This document shows positions 35,433 through 45,180 of a stretch of 48,328 nt of DNA, one piece after another. This DNA comes from Corallochytrium limacisporum Hawaii (Eukaryota; Protista; Pluriformea). The DNA is taken from NCBI GenBank assembly GCA_002811645.1, contig PDIP01000071.1, positions 13,647 through 61,974 on the forward strand, given 5' to 3'. A program made the translations under genes and the position numbers. The notes below the pieces were generated by a model. That model had not been told where the DNA came from. It made no database searches and saw only the letters and a list, made by a program, of their open reading frames with translations. The first letter of the stretch is position 1. Each line of letters begins with the position of its first letter.

Positions 35433-35749
35433 TGTCTATCTCAATTTAAGACCTTTCGGTTACACTCTTAGCTTGTGGTCCTTACATTGGAATCGGTTCT
35501 CAGCTTCAGGAATCCTAGAATAACCCACAAATGCTATTTATTTAAACCCAGTTCACGTGTATGTCTCAGGCCCCTGGCTCATCGCCGCGCTTGCATAGAT
35601 CTGTGATCTCAAGTACCTCGTCCGGACCGTGTCCTCCGTGAGGGCGCTATTGCGTCTGTTTGCCGGCCGTGAGAGACACCCGGCGCTGGCAACCCTCAGG
35701 CACCGGCGGCCAAGTATTTTCGTTTGGCGATAGCACACACCCAGCGGCG

Positions 35750-35940
35750 CAGCAAGAAAGGGGAAGGGAGAAATTGGGGAGGGGTGGGTATGTGTGTTGC
35801 CCCCCCCCCCGGGGGGGGTTGAGGCGGGCAGAGAGATGGCGAGATGGCGGCCGGAATATATAAGCCCTGACCGCGGGGGGGGTGGGGGGAACCCAACCCC
35901 GGGCACAAGCCACAGGGGCCCCGGCACCTCGGGCGAGGCA
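35750..35940. promoter_or_regulatory. G/C-homopolymer island of the PPME1/YEATS divergent promoter
   Basis: C11G8 at 35800-35818 and further G-runs at 35875-35889. Confidence 0.6.
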
Positions 35941-36298
35941 GGGATTTGTCCGTAGGAAGAGCCAAACAGAAAAGTGACACGGCCGCCCTGTGCTATTTCA
36001 GGCTCGCTGGGTGCCGTTTTGGGCAGAAGACTAAAGAAACGGAGTTAAAGAAGAGTTGTTGTATTGTTCTCTGTAGGTAACTGATCACTTGAAATTGCGG
36101 AAAGGGTAAGAAATTGAGCAATACCCGCCGCAAGAAGGACGTTTCTGCTGGTAGCCTTTTCCAATTATTACAGCACAGCCCGTCCTGGAACAATTTTATG
36201 TAAATCTTTTTAGGGTTTACGGGCTCGTTGACGAGCTTAAGTTTTAAAGGACTTGGCACGTAAGCATTAAAGAAAGCCGCATACATTCAAACGCAAAC

Positions 36299-37045
36299 AT
36301 GGCAATGGAACTCGTGTACGGAGTGGTCTCTGAGCCCATGCCCAAAACACGCATCGTTCGCGGAGATCCTCATACGCACAGCTGGCGTCTCTTTGTAGAT
36401 GTGGAAGGTACAGATGCACCTGAAGAATATATTCGTGAGGTTGAGTTTACACTCCACCCAGACTACAAGCCGGCGAAGCGCAAGGTAACCGAACCACCGT
36501 TCGAAGTACGAGAAACGGGCTGGGGGGCATGGGAAGCCGGAATAAAGGTCTTCCTCATGGCCGGTGGTGTAAAGGAATCAGTCAAACTCATCGATATCAG
36601 ACCGCAGTACTTTCAGGATGTCTCTCGGACACCGATTCCGAGCAAAATGGCGCCGGAAAATTCGGGAGACTTTGACAGTCTCATGGACTACGTCAAGGAT
36701 GCAAAGGGGAAGGATTTGCCGCGAGAGGATGTCATGGTCAAGCGAGCATTGAAATGGATTGTGAACCAGTTCGGAGTGCCCATCGAGGAGGATGTGGCCC
36801 ATCGCCTGCTGCCGTCCTGTGTTGATATCGTCTACGGTCCAAAGGAGCGGACGCCGGTCTTCTTGCGGGATCTGCAGGAAGCCCTGAGCTCTACCAGCGA
36901 GGCAAACCGAAACAAGGTGGCGAAACTCATCGTTGACGGGAAAGCTTACACGGTGGCGGATGGTGAGTTTCGTTTTGACCTTGAGAAGCAACCGCTGCAT
37001 GTCCTTAAGGAGCTAGCATCTCTGGTCGAGTTGGATGAATCGTAG
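36299..37045 (+). CDS. YEATS-domain protein with C-terminal ET/AHD-like domain (Taf14/Sas5/AF9-like)
   Basis: 'HTHSWRLFV', 'VEFTLHPDY', 'EPPFEVRETGWGAW' form the YEATS domain. 'DGEFRFDLEKQPLHVLKEL' resembles the ET domain. Confidence 0.85.
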   Translation: MAMELVYGVVSEPMPKTRIVRGDPHTHSWRLFVDVEGTDAPEEYIREVEFTLHPDYKPAKRKVTEPPFEVRETGWGAWEAGIKVFLMAGGVKESVKLIDIRPQYFQDVSRTPIPSKMAPENSGDFDSLMDYVKDAKGKDLPREDVMVKRALKWIVNQFGVPIEEDVAHRLLPSCVDIVYGPKERTPVFLRDLQEALSSTSEANRNKVAKLIVDGKAYTVADGEFRFDLEKQPLHVLKELASLVELDES

Positions 37046-37160
37046 GGATCAGTTCTCAACAAAATGTAACATACACTTCATCAGCCTGAGGATGTTAGCC
37101 TTTACGAAAACACGATTAAATTATGTAATATTCTTAATGGTATGAACAGAGATGATACAC

Positions 37161-38369
37161 TTACTCCTCCTCAGCAACGTTGAAGTACTTAAGCTGGTAC
37201 TTGTTGGGGGCGGTGGCGACAACGCGCAGGTAGTCACGGAGATCAATGTTCTGGTGCAGGTCGCGCTTCTTCAGGAAACGCTTGGTCAAGTACTTCAGGT
37301 AGCGCTTGCTGAAGTCGCGGGAGGCAGTGACCTGGATGTTGTTGGAGTCACGGGTGACCTTGATGGCATCGCCGAGGTTGCCGGTCTTGCCGTCAACCTT
37401 GATGTGGTCCACGAGGTACTTCTCCTGTATATGCGAAATATGGGGCACGATGGGTGAAAAAAGAAACCTTTGTTAGTACGGTCTGGTCATTATTGGACGA
37501 AATTAGAGTCGAAGCAATGCAAAGAATTCATGGAGTCATGTAACAGCAATTCAAACAGATTCAGTATACAACACTACAAGCACAGAAAATACGAGTATCG
37601 CAGCCAAGATACACTCTCCTTGGTCGGAGGGCGGTGTCTCGGGGGCAGCAGATCGCAAGGGAGCGTGGCACGGGTGCCAGATCTCTCGGTCTACTGGCCT
37701 ACCAAGCGGCTGAAACCGGTCATTGTGACTTGGTCAACCATAACTGGCAAAGACAGCAATATGGAAAGGAGAGAAAATGAGTTATCAAAGAAACAAAGTG
37801 TCAACCGGTGGCAGGGAAGGAAGCCCTGCTCTTGCACCAAAACTGATGCTCGGATAAACGTTCATCTCCCAGATGGATGTTCCCGATCCGATCTACTACA
37901 CCCCTTAGTTTCACCACCGATCCAAACCGAGAATGTCTCTTACTCGATGAGCAATATGGTCTTGAACGCCTAAATGACATGTACGGATGATGGATAATGA
38001 AAATGATACTATGGATGATGGTAAATGCTAGATGGTGCTTAGAGTATGGATTTCCTTCCGTTCTTTAAGGGTATGCCATGGATAAGATTCACTTGCTATT
38101 CTTTAGACAACGTTTCTGACTTTCCCACCGCTTTCTTTGACCGCCGCCCTGAGATGCTATGCTCTGAAACTCGAGAAGTGGGTGTCCCTATCAATCTGAA
38201 ACGAGTAGCCGTGCACAACTTTGTGATTCCCGCAGCGCAAAAAATATAAAAGCTAGATACTTACGAAAAGTCCCATATCGAGGATACCGTCAGCGACGAC
38301 AGCAGTGCAGTCGATCTGGAAGATCTGGGTCTTCTTCTTGCCCTTGGTGGCGGTCTTCTTGGGTGCCAT
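37161..38369 (-). CDS. RPL22: 60S ribosomal protein eL22, two coding exons (38369-38265 and 37424-37161)
   Basis: Exon 1 MAPKKTATKGKKKTQIFQIDCTAVVADGILDMGLF joins in phase 0 to EKYLVDHIKVDGKTGNLG...FSKRYLKYLTK...LRDYLRVVA...YFNVAEEE*. Strong codon bias. Confidence 0.93.
37425..38264 (-). other. Spliceosomal intron of RPL22 (840 nt)
   Basis: GTAAGT donor at 38264, TACTAAC branch point at 37478-37472, CAG acceptor ending at 37425. Splicing restores a continuous eL22. Confidence 0.92.
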
Positions 38370-38759
38370 GGTTGCTAGATTTTTCCGTGATAGATAATTA
38401 TTAAACTATGATTATCCGTCTCCATAACAAAGATTGTAGGTTTTGCATACCACCTTGAAATAACAGTAAACATACACTACAACCCATAGTCATTTAGACA
38501 TAGTAAGGTATGGTAGTGTATTGATAAGTATGGAACATGGCTCTGGAGCTATACTGCGGTGGGCTCGCTATGAGATTCTGATGCATAGTCAGCCAGACCA
38601 TCGTTCCGGTCACAAAGGAGTAATCCCTCCCGCTGCTGCCTACTCTCAGTACCGGGCACTGGACCCACCCATATATTCAGTACTGTTAAGTCTCCAAAAC
38701 ATTCACCATAAGGGGTAGACCAGGTAATATCCCTTAATAAATATTTCCACACCCGATGC

Positions 38760-38910
38760 TCGGTCCCGCCTAGGGGAGAAAAATTTGTGTGTGTTTTTTG
38801 GCCATTGTCCGTGCACAGCAAGGAAATGTGTGTGTAGTGAACCCCCCCCGGGGGGGGGGTCGGAAGATGGGGGCCTAATTTTTGACTCCCCCCGCCCCAC
38901 CCCAGGCGGC
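38760..38910. promoter_or_regulatory. G/C-homopolymer island upstream of RPL22
   Basis: A-C8-G10-T at 38841-38860, about 480 bp upstream of the RPL22 ATG. Confidence 0.55.
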
Positions 38911-41900
38911 TCAAAAGCTGTGAGATGAAAAGACCAATAAAGCCACACCTACTCATGCCAGTAAGCAGTAGGGAAGACAGCCAAATGTCGCCAGCCGTCA
39001 TCATCAAGCATCGCGTAGTCAGTCATTCATCGAGTGTATGCAACCGGACCTGTGATATTTCCATACTGTGATGGATCATGGTGCTTGAATACAGTTCCGA
39101 TTTCTGATGGTTCGCGCCCCGCAACCATCGCAGTCTTCGCAAAGCTGGCCACGCTGGCAAGCAGCAACTCGACCGACGTTTGGCATCATTGATCTACTTT
39201 CGCCTTCTGCTGCTGTGCTCAATTCAGACTATTGATCTGCATCGCCATGGTGAAGGATTTGAGCGAAGGTTCCAGTTGGTTTTATTTACCAAACAAGCAG
39301 AAAGTGTGCCCCCAGTTTATCTATGGATGGGTGGCAGACAACCCGCGGGGGGACCAGGGCCGATGATCAACGATCATGCCCTATGACGACTGCCGACTTC
39401 CAACCCCAGCCCCGCTCCCTTCCTTTCACTTTTCCTAGGCGCATATCACCGCTTAAACTGTCCCCACAGCGAATTCTCAATCAAGGGTCGTTCCTCTGTA
39501 CCTGACATACTGTGGTACTCATTCATGATTCGAGAATATATTTCCTGATTTTCACGTGAAAACGGCCCGAGGCGCGCACACTTCAAAAAAAAAAACTTCG
39601 CACACTTCCGGTTCCTGGCTCTCTGGCAGGCTTTCCCCCGAACCTTTTGCGGTGCCCCGTAGATCTATAGCTTCATTACTGAGGCACCGCCACCGGAAGC
39701 TTGTTTTGGTGTGACGGAACGAAGACACACACACAAAAAAAAACTCCCCCGCCCCCCCTCCTTTTTCTCTCTCTTGCCCACCGACCCGGGCCCTCCTCTC
39801 CTTGCCCTGGTGGCCCTCCCGCGCTGCGGCAAAAAAAAGGACACGGACGGAGCAAAATCCTCTTTTTTTTTATCTTAAATTTCTCTCTCCGTTCTTTTAT
39901 CTTTTTCTTTATTATTTTCCTTTATGGCCGGTGGTTTGGGGGGGGGGCGGAGTGGGTGGGTCTCCTTGTCTCTCCTTGGCGCCCACCGCCACACGCGGCT
40001 CCACGCGGGAGCTATCTGAAATGATTATGATAGGTATATCTTCATAACATGGCAGATGTTTTTATACTTAATATATTTAAAATATTTGAATAGAGTTCTA
40101 ATAGTACCCAAATTCTGACCCTAAATTCGATCCAGCGGCAAAGGATTCTCGTCCGGATGGAATCTCCCACCGCCGTCATTGCTTTTGCCGTCGTGGCCGA
40201 AAACGAAATGGAGAAATGCCATGAGGCATTTGCGTTTTCTTCTTGCTTTCTTTCCATGTTCTTCTTCTTCTTTTTTTTTTTTCTTTTCGTGTTTTTAAGA
40301 AATTGGTTGGTTTTTTATTTTGTCTTTGGTTTTCTGAAACTGTCCATGCGTCCGCTCCCCCCCCCTCCCCGGTGGTTTGGTGGTTTGGGAAACGGAGACG
40401 GGCAAGGAACCCTTTATTTTGTATAAGAAACCCTTCCCTAAGACAGGCAATCAGGAGAAAAAAAAGGAAAGGAAGGAGATCACGCGGAAAGGGTCATCAG
40501 CGGTTTGGTGGCCAAGACCGAATGCTGGACAGGGATGCAATTTCCAATAGGTCTAGTATGTCATTACTTTGGGTAGTTATATACATATTATACTAATATA
40601 ATTCTTAATGATTATATGAATTGTCATCGTTCGTGTGTGGGGGGATAGGCGATGGAGCTGCATTCGCGGCCCTGCGGAACACACCCCGATGGACAGACTT
40701 TTTCATTCGCCCTACTGCGTAATCAGTGCACTAGTATACTTTAACGCTATTTCATCATCATATGTTAAGTATTAGAACTGTGTCGATTTCTGAGGGTAGG
40801 GCCTATCAGCTCAATGATCTATCTTCCGGATCGGTTGCGGGCACCGGACTCTGCGAGCGTGGGTGCCCCGCCTCACCGTGGCCTGTGAGGTGGCAGGTGC
40901 GGTGTGGTACGTGTCGGTCACGTTTTTCTTACTGAAAGTATGATATGTTTTCCATACTTTGAGGGTGGGCCGGGTGGCAGTCCGATCTTTGACCGGTTCC
41001 GTAGGAGTCCGGGGACGTGCTGCCAACTCAGCACAACCGCGTCGAACGTGGCTTTAACTGGGACACGCCGCGAGTGCTGTGGTCCCTTCCGTCTCCGTTC
41101 CCCTATCATTCAATATTGAATGTATTGCGTTGGTGGATCCTGGAGCAGGGGGGAAGGAGAAGAGGATGTTGGAGGGTTTCTACTGGCACCCAAAGAGAGA
41201 GCGGTAGACCAGAGCAGGGCCTTTTGAAAAAGTTTTGGGGGGACACGCACGCAGTGTGGGGCAAAAATAGCCAACAACGCGGGAGGCAGCAAGCTCGAGT
41301 TCTGGCAAGGCTGGCCCGGGGCTTCCCCTTTTCCTTATTCTCCCTTCCCTGCCTGTCTTTTCCGCTCTCACATTTTGTATTGACACCGGACAGGGAGAAG
41401 AGTGGGCGCGAAAAAAGGGCTAAATTTTTTTAAAAAAAGAAAAAAGACAAAAGAAAGGAAGGAACAAAAAGGAAAGAATGTCGCGTGGTGCACCCTGAGC
41501 GTCTCCTTCCCCCGGGCCCCCCGCCTCATTCGCTTAATATTTTTCCTTTGCGGCTTTTTTCTCTTTGAACTCTTGGTCGATACTTGCTGGCTGCTCTTCG
41601 TGCTTTTCTTTCTTTCTTCTTTTCATTTGGGTTGTGTTTTCGTTTTCCGTTTGTTACCCTTCCCTTACGTTTCATCACATTTTTCTGAAGCGCTTGGGTA
41701 CCGCCGAGGTTCGGTCCTTTTTCTTTTGAATTTTCTTTTTTTTCTTTTTTCTCTTTGCCTCTGGCTGCCCCTATCTCTCTGTCCGTGTCACACTCTCTCC
41801 CTCCCTCCCCGGTTTCCCGGGGACCATTTTTGGGCAGAATCTTGCGCCTCCCTGCCGAAAGCCGGCCCAGAAAAAACGTGAAAATTGGGGGTGAGGGGAG

Positions 41901-41925
41901 GTTTTTTTCCCCCTTTGCGAGTCTC

Positions 41926-42040
41926 ACACACACACACACACAGAGACAGAGCGAGCGCCCAAAGGGAGACAGAGAGACAGAGAGAGAGAGAGGGAGAGAT
42001 AGAGATAGAGATAGAGAGAGAGAGTCTCTCTCTCTCTCCG
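41926..42040. repeat. Compound (CA)n/(GA)n/(TC)n microsatellite upstream of the perilipin-like gene
   Basis: Directly visible. The terminal (AG)n-(TC)n junction is self-complementary. Confidence 0.9.
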
Positions 42041-42296
42041 TCTCAGTGTTCTGTGCTCTCTTGGTCTCCTGCAGAGGAAAGTGTCGTAGTCTGGGGTTTA
42101 TGGGGCGCACGATACAGAGAAGGCAGCAGACAGAGCAGCAAATGGTCTTGGAGAAGCATGGGCTGGGACCAGAAGCGAAGGAACATTGTGCGGATATTTA
42201 AGAGACCGCTGAGGTAGAGCATGGATCCGGCCCCGACGTGAGAATCCATTCTTCGTTATCGGGAATAACCAAAGTTTGATAGACATCAGAGACACA

Positions 42297-43403
42297 ATGG
42301 CCCCCAACGCCACCACTACCCCTGAGACAACTCAGCAGCAGGTGTACGTCACCAGCCGTCTGTACAATGACATCCCTGCCGTCAAGTACTACATTGACTT
42401 TGTCGGTGGCATGTACACCGGTGTCAAGAGCAACAAGTACGTTGGTTCCTACGTCAGCGACGTGGAGAAGAGCGTGATCGCCACTGCCGACTCTGCTGCC
42501 ACTGCCTACGAGCCCTTCCTGACCAAGGCCAACGAGTTCTCTGTCAAGCAGCTTGACTTTGTTGAGGAGAAGCTCCCCGTTATCAAGCGCGACCCCATGG
42601 ATGCCGTTAACTACGTGCAGGACACCTTCAAGACCACTACCACCAAGGCCCGTGCCCTGCCCACTGAGATTACTACTGAAGTCCGCCAGCGTGTGAACCA
42701 GGGTATCGACGCTGCCGACTCTGTCGTTGACAAGTACCTGCCGGGTGACGAGAAGGAGCAGACCGATGCCGACCGCAAGGAGAGCGAGCAGCTGAACGAG
42801 CTGGCCAAGGCCAAGATGGTAGGCTACAAGGCTGGCTCTCGCGTCTATCGCCGTGCCATTGCCTCCCTCGACGGTCTGAAGCAGCGCTCTGATGAACAGA
42901 TCAAGCAGATTGAGCAGATCTCTCTGGTCCAATACGCCAAGGAAACTGCCAACTCCACCTACTCATCTGTCAGCCAGACCTACCGGGACACCGAGAAGTT
43001 CGCCGCCGAGACCGTCGAGAAGGTCACCACTTACGTGAAGACCACCACCACTGAGACCGTTGCCCGCGTCCAGAAGCGCACCTCTGAGGTTGTCTCTGTG
43101 GCCGTCACCACCGCCACCGGCCTGGGCGAGAAGGCCTTCGCCATGCTTCCCCCCAACGTGCAGACCATTGCCAAGGACCAGTACACTTTCGCCACCACCA
43201 AGACAAAGGAGAACTACGATATTGTCGTTAAGTTTACCACTGAAACCCGCACCAAGGTGACTGAGCGCACCACTGCCATCACCGAGCAGGTCTCCGGTCT
43301 GATCCAAGCTCACTTGGCCCGCGCTCAGCAGGTCTTTGACAGTGTCTACGCTCAGGGTATGCAGCTCCTCGGTTACTCCACCGAGAAGGCTAAGGCCGAG
43401 TAA
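42297..43403 (+). CDS. Perilipin-family (PAT-domain) lipid-droplet protein
   Basis: 368 aa from the ATG at 42297. PAT-like 'SRLYNDIPAV...VEKSV...ANEFSVKQLDFVEEKLPVI', 'DSVVDKYLP', and Thr/Ala/Lys-rich amphipathic C-terminus. Extreme C/T-ending codon bias suggests high expression. Confidence 0.8.
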   Translation: MAPNATTTPETTQQQVYVTSRLYNDIPAVKYYIDFVGGMYTGVKSNKYVGSYVSDVEKSVIATADSAATAYEPFLTKANEFSVKQLDFVEEKLPVIKRDPMDAVNYVQDTFKTTTTKARALPTEITTEVRQRVNQGIDAADSVVDKYLPGDEKEQTDADRKESEQLNELAKAKMVGYKAGSRVYRRAIASLDGLKQRSDEQIKQIEQISLVQYAKETANSTYSSVSQTYRDTEKFAAETVEKVTTYVKTTTTETVARVQKRTSEVVSVAVTTATGLGEKAFAMLPPNVQTIAKDQYTFATTKTKENYDIVVKFTTETRTKVTERTTAITEQVSGLIQAHLARAQQVFDSVYAQGMQLLGYSTEKAKAE

Positions 43404-43948
43404 GCCAGCATAACGATTCTGAAATTTATTGGTTCCCCGGCATGGAACGTCCACCATCATAAATATTGATTTCGGCATGTATATCATAGACATGGAAGAC
43501 TGGGCACTTGATGAACCCGGGTTCGGTGAAGGGAAGCTCCAATCTTCGTCATTGCCGTCAATTTTAGGGGGCGGGTGTCCCATCACCCCACTTGACAACG
43601 TTTTGCAATAAAGCGCAGCAAACTCTTTCAACAGACCGAAAGATTTGCTTGCAATCCTTTCTTTTGGTTTACCTACTCAATCACTTGCCATTGTGTGTCA
43701 CTTTCCTTCTCTTGCTTTTGAATCATCACCACTGTCATCCGCTATCGGGTTTCATCACAACCAAGGGACCTTTATTTCGCCCTTTGCGCATTTCCATCGA
43801 CCGCCAGTTCGTGAACGTGATGACCAAGACTGTCAAACAGCAAGCGAGCACCACCAATTTCGCGACCGAAACTCCTGTCCAGTCCGTTGAGCGGTCACGC
43901 TGTGGCTGTAGACGGTCCTTGTTAGATCGCCCGTCCTCCACAATCCGC

Positions 43949-43980
43949 GGGGGGAGGGGAGGAGGGGTTGGGGGTTGGGG
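43949..43980 (+). other. Putative G-quadruplex-forming tract upstream of tag
   Basis: G6-A-G4-AGGA-G4-TT-G5-TT-G4: five runs of at least 4 G with short loops. Confidence 0.6.
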
Positions 43981-44214
43981 CCTGGCACTGTGACCACTGC
44001 GCAGAAGCAAGCGGGTGAGTTCAGGACGGGGTTGCCTGTGGAGGGTCATCAGACCATCGTTTGGTCCCCATCGACATAGGACAACCGTACTTAATTCTGA
44101 TCAGTGATACATACTTAAAGTGCAGTATTCATTATCGCAGCATACACAATGCTATATGTCTGCCGCGGATCCCGTCCGTGAGTTCCAACAGCAAGAGGAG
44201 CGGTCGTCGTCAAG

Positions 44215-45054
44215 ATGGTTGCTGCACGGAGTCAGACTCTGCGCCGGTCGGCTCGAAAGGCAGCAATCGCAAGCAACACCAAAAATATCCACGTGGTCAA
44301 AGCTGTTGCTACCGCCGCAAAGGTTAAGAAGAGACCAGTGGCAAAGACCAAAAAGGAAACAGTGGAAGAGCCGGCAGAAGCCACAGCAAATGGTGTTATA
44401 GCCAGCTCCGTCGCGTGGAAGATTGGGAAGAGGGGCGCTATTCCGGGATTGGACGGACGGTTCAAATGTTGGTGGTGTGTGGGAGATCCACTGTACGAAA
44501 AATATCATGATGAAGAATGGGGACGAGTAGTCCAAGGATCCGATGGAACCACAGCAAACAAACTGTTTGAGATGCTCTGTTTGGAAGGATTCCAAGCCGG
44601 GCTCAGCTTTAGCACTATCCTAAAAAAGCGCGACGGCATGCGTGTCGCATTTGACCACTTTGATATTCAGACGGTCGCAGCCTATGACACTGCCAAGATT
44701 AATTTGCTCATGCAGAACCCATCCGTGATACGCATGCGACAAAAGATTAAGGCCGCGATCAACAATGCCCAAGTCCTGCACCACATTGGTGACCACACCG
44801 AGCACACCACCGTTTCTGATTTCTTTTGGTCTTTCGTACCCGGAGACAAACCCATGATCAACACTGCCTGGTCATCCACCGATGGCATGCCCAAGTTCAC
44901 TGACGAGGCCGCGGCAATGAGCAAAGCGCTGAAAAGACTGGGCTTTCGGTTCGTGGGACCCACGACGTGTATGAGTTTCATGCAGGCGGCTGGCATGGTC
45001 AATCATCATCTGACCGAGTGCCACCGCCATCCAAGCAACACTAGTGAAAAGTGA
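44215..45054 (+). CDS. tag: DNA-3-methyladenine glycosylase I (TAG family) with basic N-terminal extension
   Basis: 'CWW...DPLYEKYHDEEWG', 'LFEMLCLEGFQAGLS', 'KIKAAINNA', 'SKALKRLGFRFVGPT', 'FMQAAGMVNHHLTEC'. Zn-ligand Cys/His/His/Cys pattern retained. Confidence 0.93.
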   Translation: MVAARSQTLRRSARKAAIASNTKNIHVVKAVATAAKVKKRPVAKTKKETVEEPAEATANGVIASSVAWKIGKRGAIPGLDGRFKCWWCVGDPLYEKYHDEEWGRVVQGSDGTTANKLFEMLCLEGFQAGLSFSTILKKRDGMRVAFDHFDIQTVAAYDTAKINLLMQNPSVIRMRQKIKAAINNAQVLHHIGDHTEHTTVSDFFWSFVPGDKPMINTAWSSTDGMPKFTDEAAAMSKALKRLGFRFVGPTTCMSFMQAAGMVNHHLTECHRHPSNTSEK

Positions 45055-45180
45055 GAGATGGCGTCAAGGAGGCCAAGCAGCAGGCGAATATGGAGTCAAG
45101 GGTGTACGTGAGAAAGCGTTATCTAATATGGACGATGTAAGTGGGGGATTCAGTGATCAAAAGGAAAAATAAACAGAAAC

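Noticed and set aside
39600-39700. ETS-like CACTTCCGG / CCGGAAG sites
   Set aside because: Short motifs expected by chance. Cannot be supported without enrichment statistics.
42198-43631. Long antisense ORFs (244 and 222 aa) opposite the perilipin-like gene
   Set aside because: Shadow ORFs produced by strong codon bias on the coding strand.
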